A stretch of DNA of 64,000 bases from a virus (taxonomy: Duplodnaviria; Heunggongvirae; Uroviricota; Caudoviricetes), in the IMG/VR virus record IMGVR_UViG_3300035212_002004, positions 40,100 to 104,099 of that record. One strand, written 5' to 3'. Shown here piece by piece: positions 63,748 to 64,000 of the stretch. The translations under genes were made by a program, and so were the position numbers. The notes beneath the pieces are model-generated. The model did not search any database. It was not told the DNA's origin and saw only the letters and a program-made list of their open reading frames with translations. Position 1 is the stretch's first letter, and every line of letters begins with the position of its first letter.

Positions 63748-64000
63748 TTAACCAAGAAGCCAATCTATGTCTTCCATTCCTCCCATACCATTATCCATTT
63801 TATATGGATTTTGAGCTTGAGGACTATATGAGTACACACCAGGAGATTGTTGAGTTGTAACATGAAAACTACCTAAAGTAGCTCGTGTTAAATCCATACC
63901 TTGTTGTCTGAATCTTAATGCGGTATCACGTAGAAATAAACCAATACTAAATGCCATTACTAGATCATCATTATAACCATTTTGTGATTGGGCTTTACCA
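63748..64000 (-). CDS. Terminase large subunit, C-terminal fragment (5' end outside the window)
   Basis: Frame reads GKAQSQNGYNDDLVMAFSIG, matching the conserved nuclease DDxVMA motif; directly upstream of the portal. Confidence 0.85.
   Translation of the reverse strand, partial: GKAQSQNGYNDDLVMAFSIGLFLRDTALRFRQQGMDLTRATLGSFHVTTQQSPGVYSYSPQAQNPYKMDNGMGGMEDIDWLLG

Noticed and set aside
1-64000. Stop-codon reassignment or suppressor tRNA
   Set aside because: Conserved genes are intact in code 11 and end in TAA, TAG or TGA; no CTA, TTA or TCA anticodon tRNA found.

Overview
The window is a fragment of a large T4-like (contractile-tailed) dsDNA phage genome with every real gene on the minus strand. 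The host is probably Bacteroidota (Flavobacterium-like), inferred from TTG-N20-TATATTWA promoters. In transcription order (right to left) it holds: the C-terminus of the large terminase, portal, prohead protease, scaffold, major capsid protein, phoH, neck, tail fibre, sheath, tube, tape-measure and baseplate genes; a replication block (short PolA, gp32-like SSB, RecA/UvsX, 5'-3' exonuclease, helicase, nrdB/nrdA); a lysis block (GH19 endolysin, holin, probable spanins); a queC plus TGT/DpdA-like pair; and a ~6.6 kb RNA-rich region (4315-10992). That region has 25 recognisable tRNAs covering all 20 amino acids, interleaved with several tRNA-shaped RNAs whose anticodon arms are expanded or degenerate, other structured RNAs and a Gln-rich leader peptide followed by a terminator. 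About ten free-standing homing-endonuclease-like genes are scattered through the window; two carry a 5' leader with the same kissing-loop fold but different sequence. All RNA structures were folded by eye, and no database or folding program was run.
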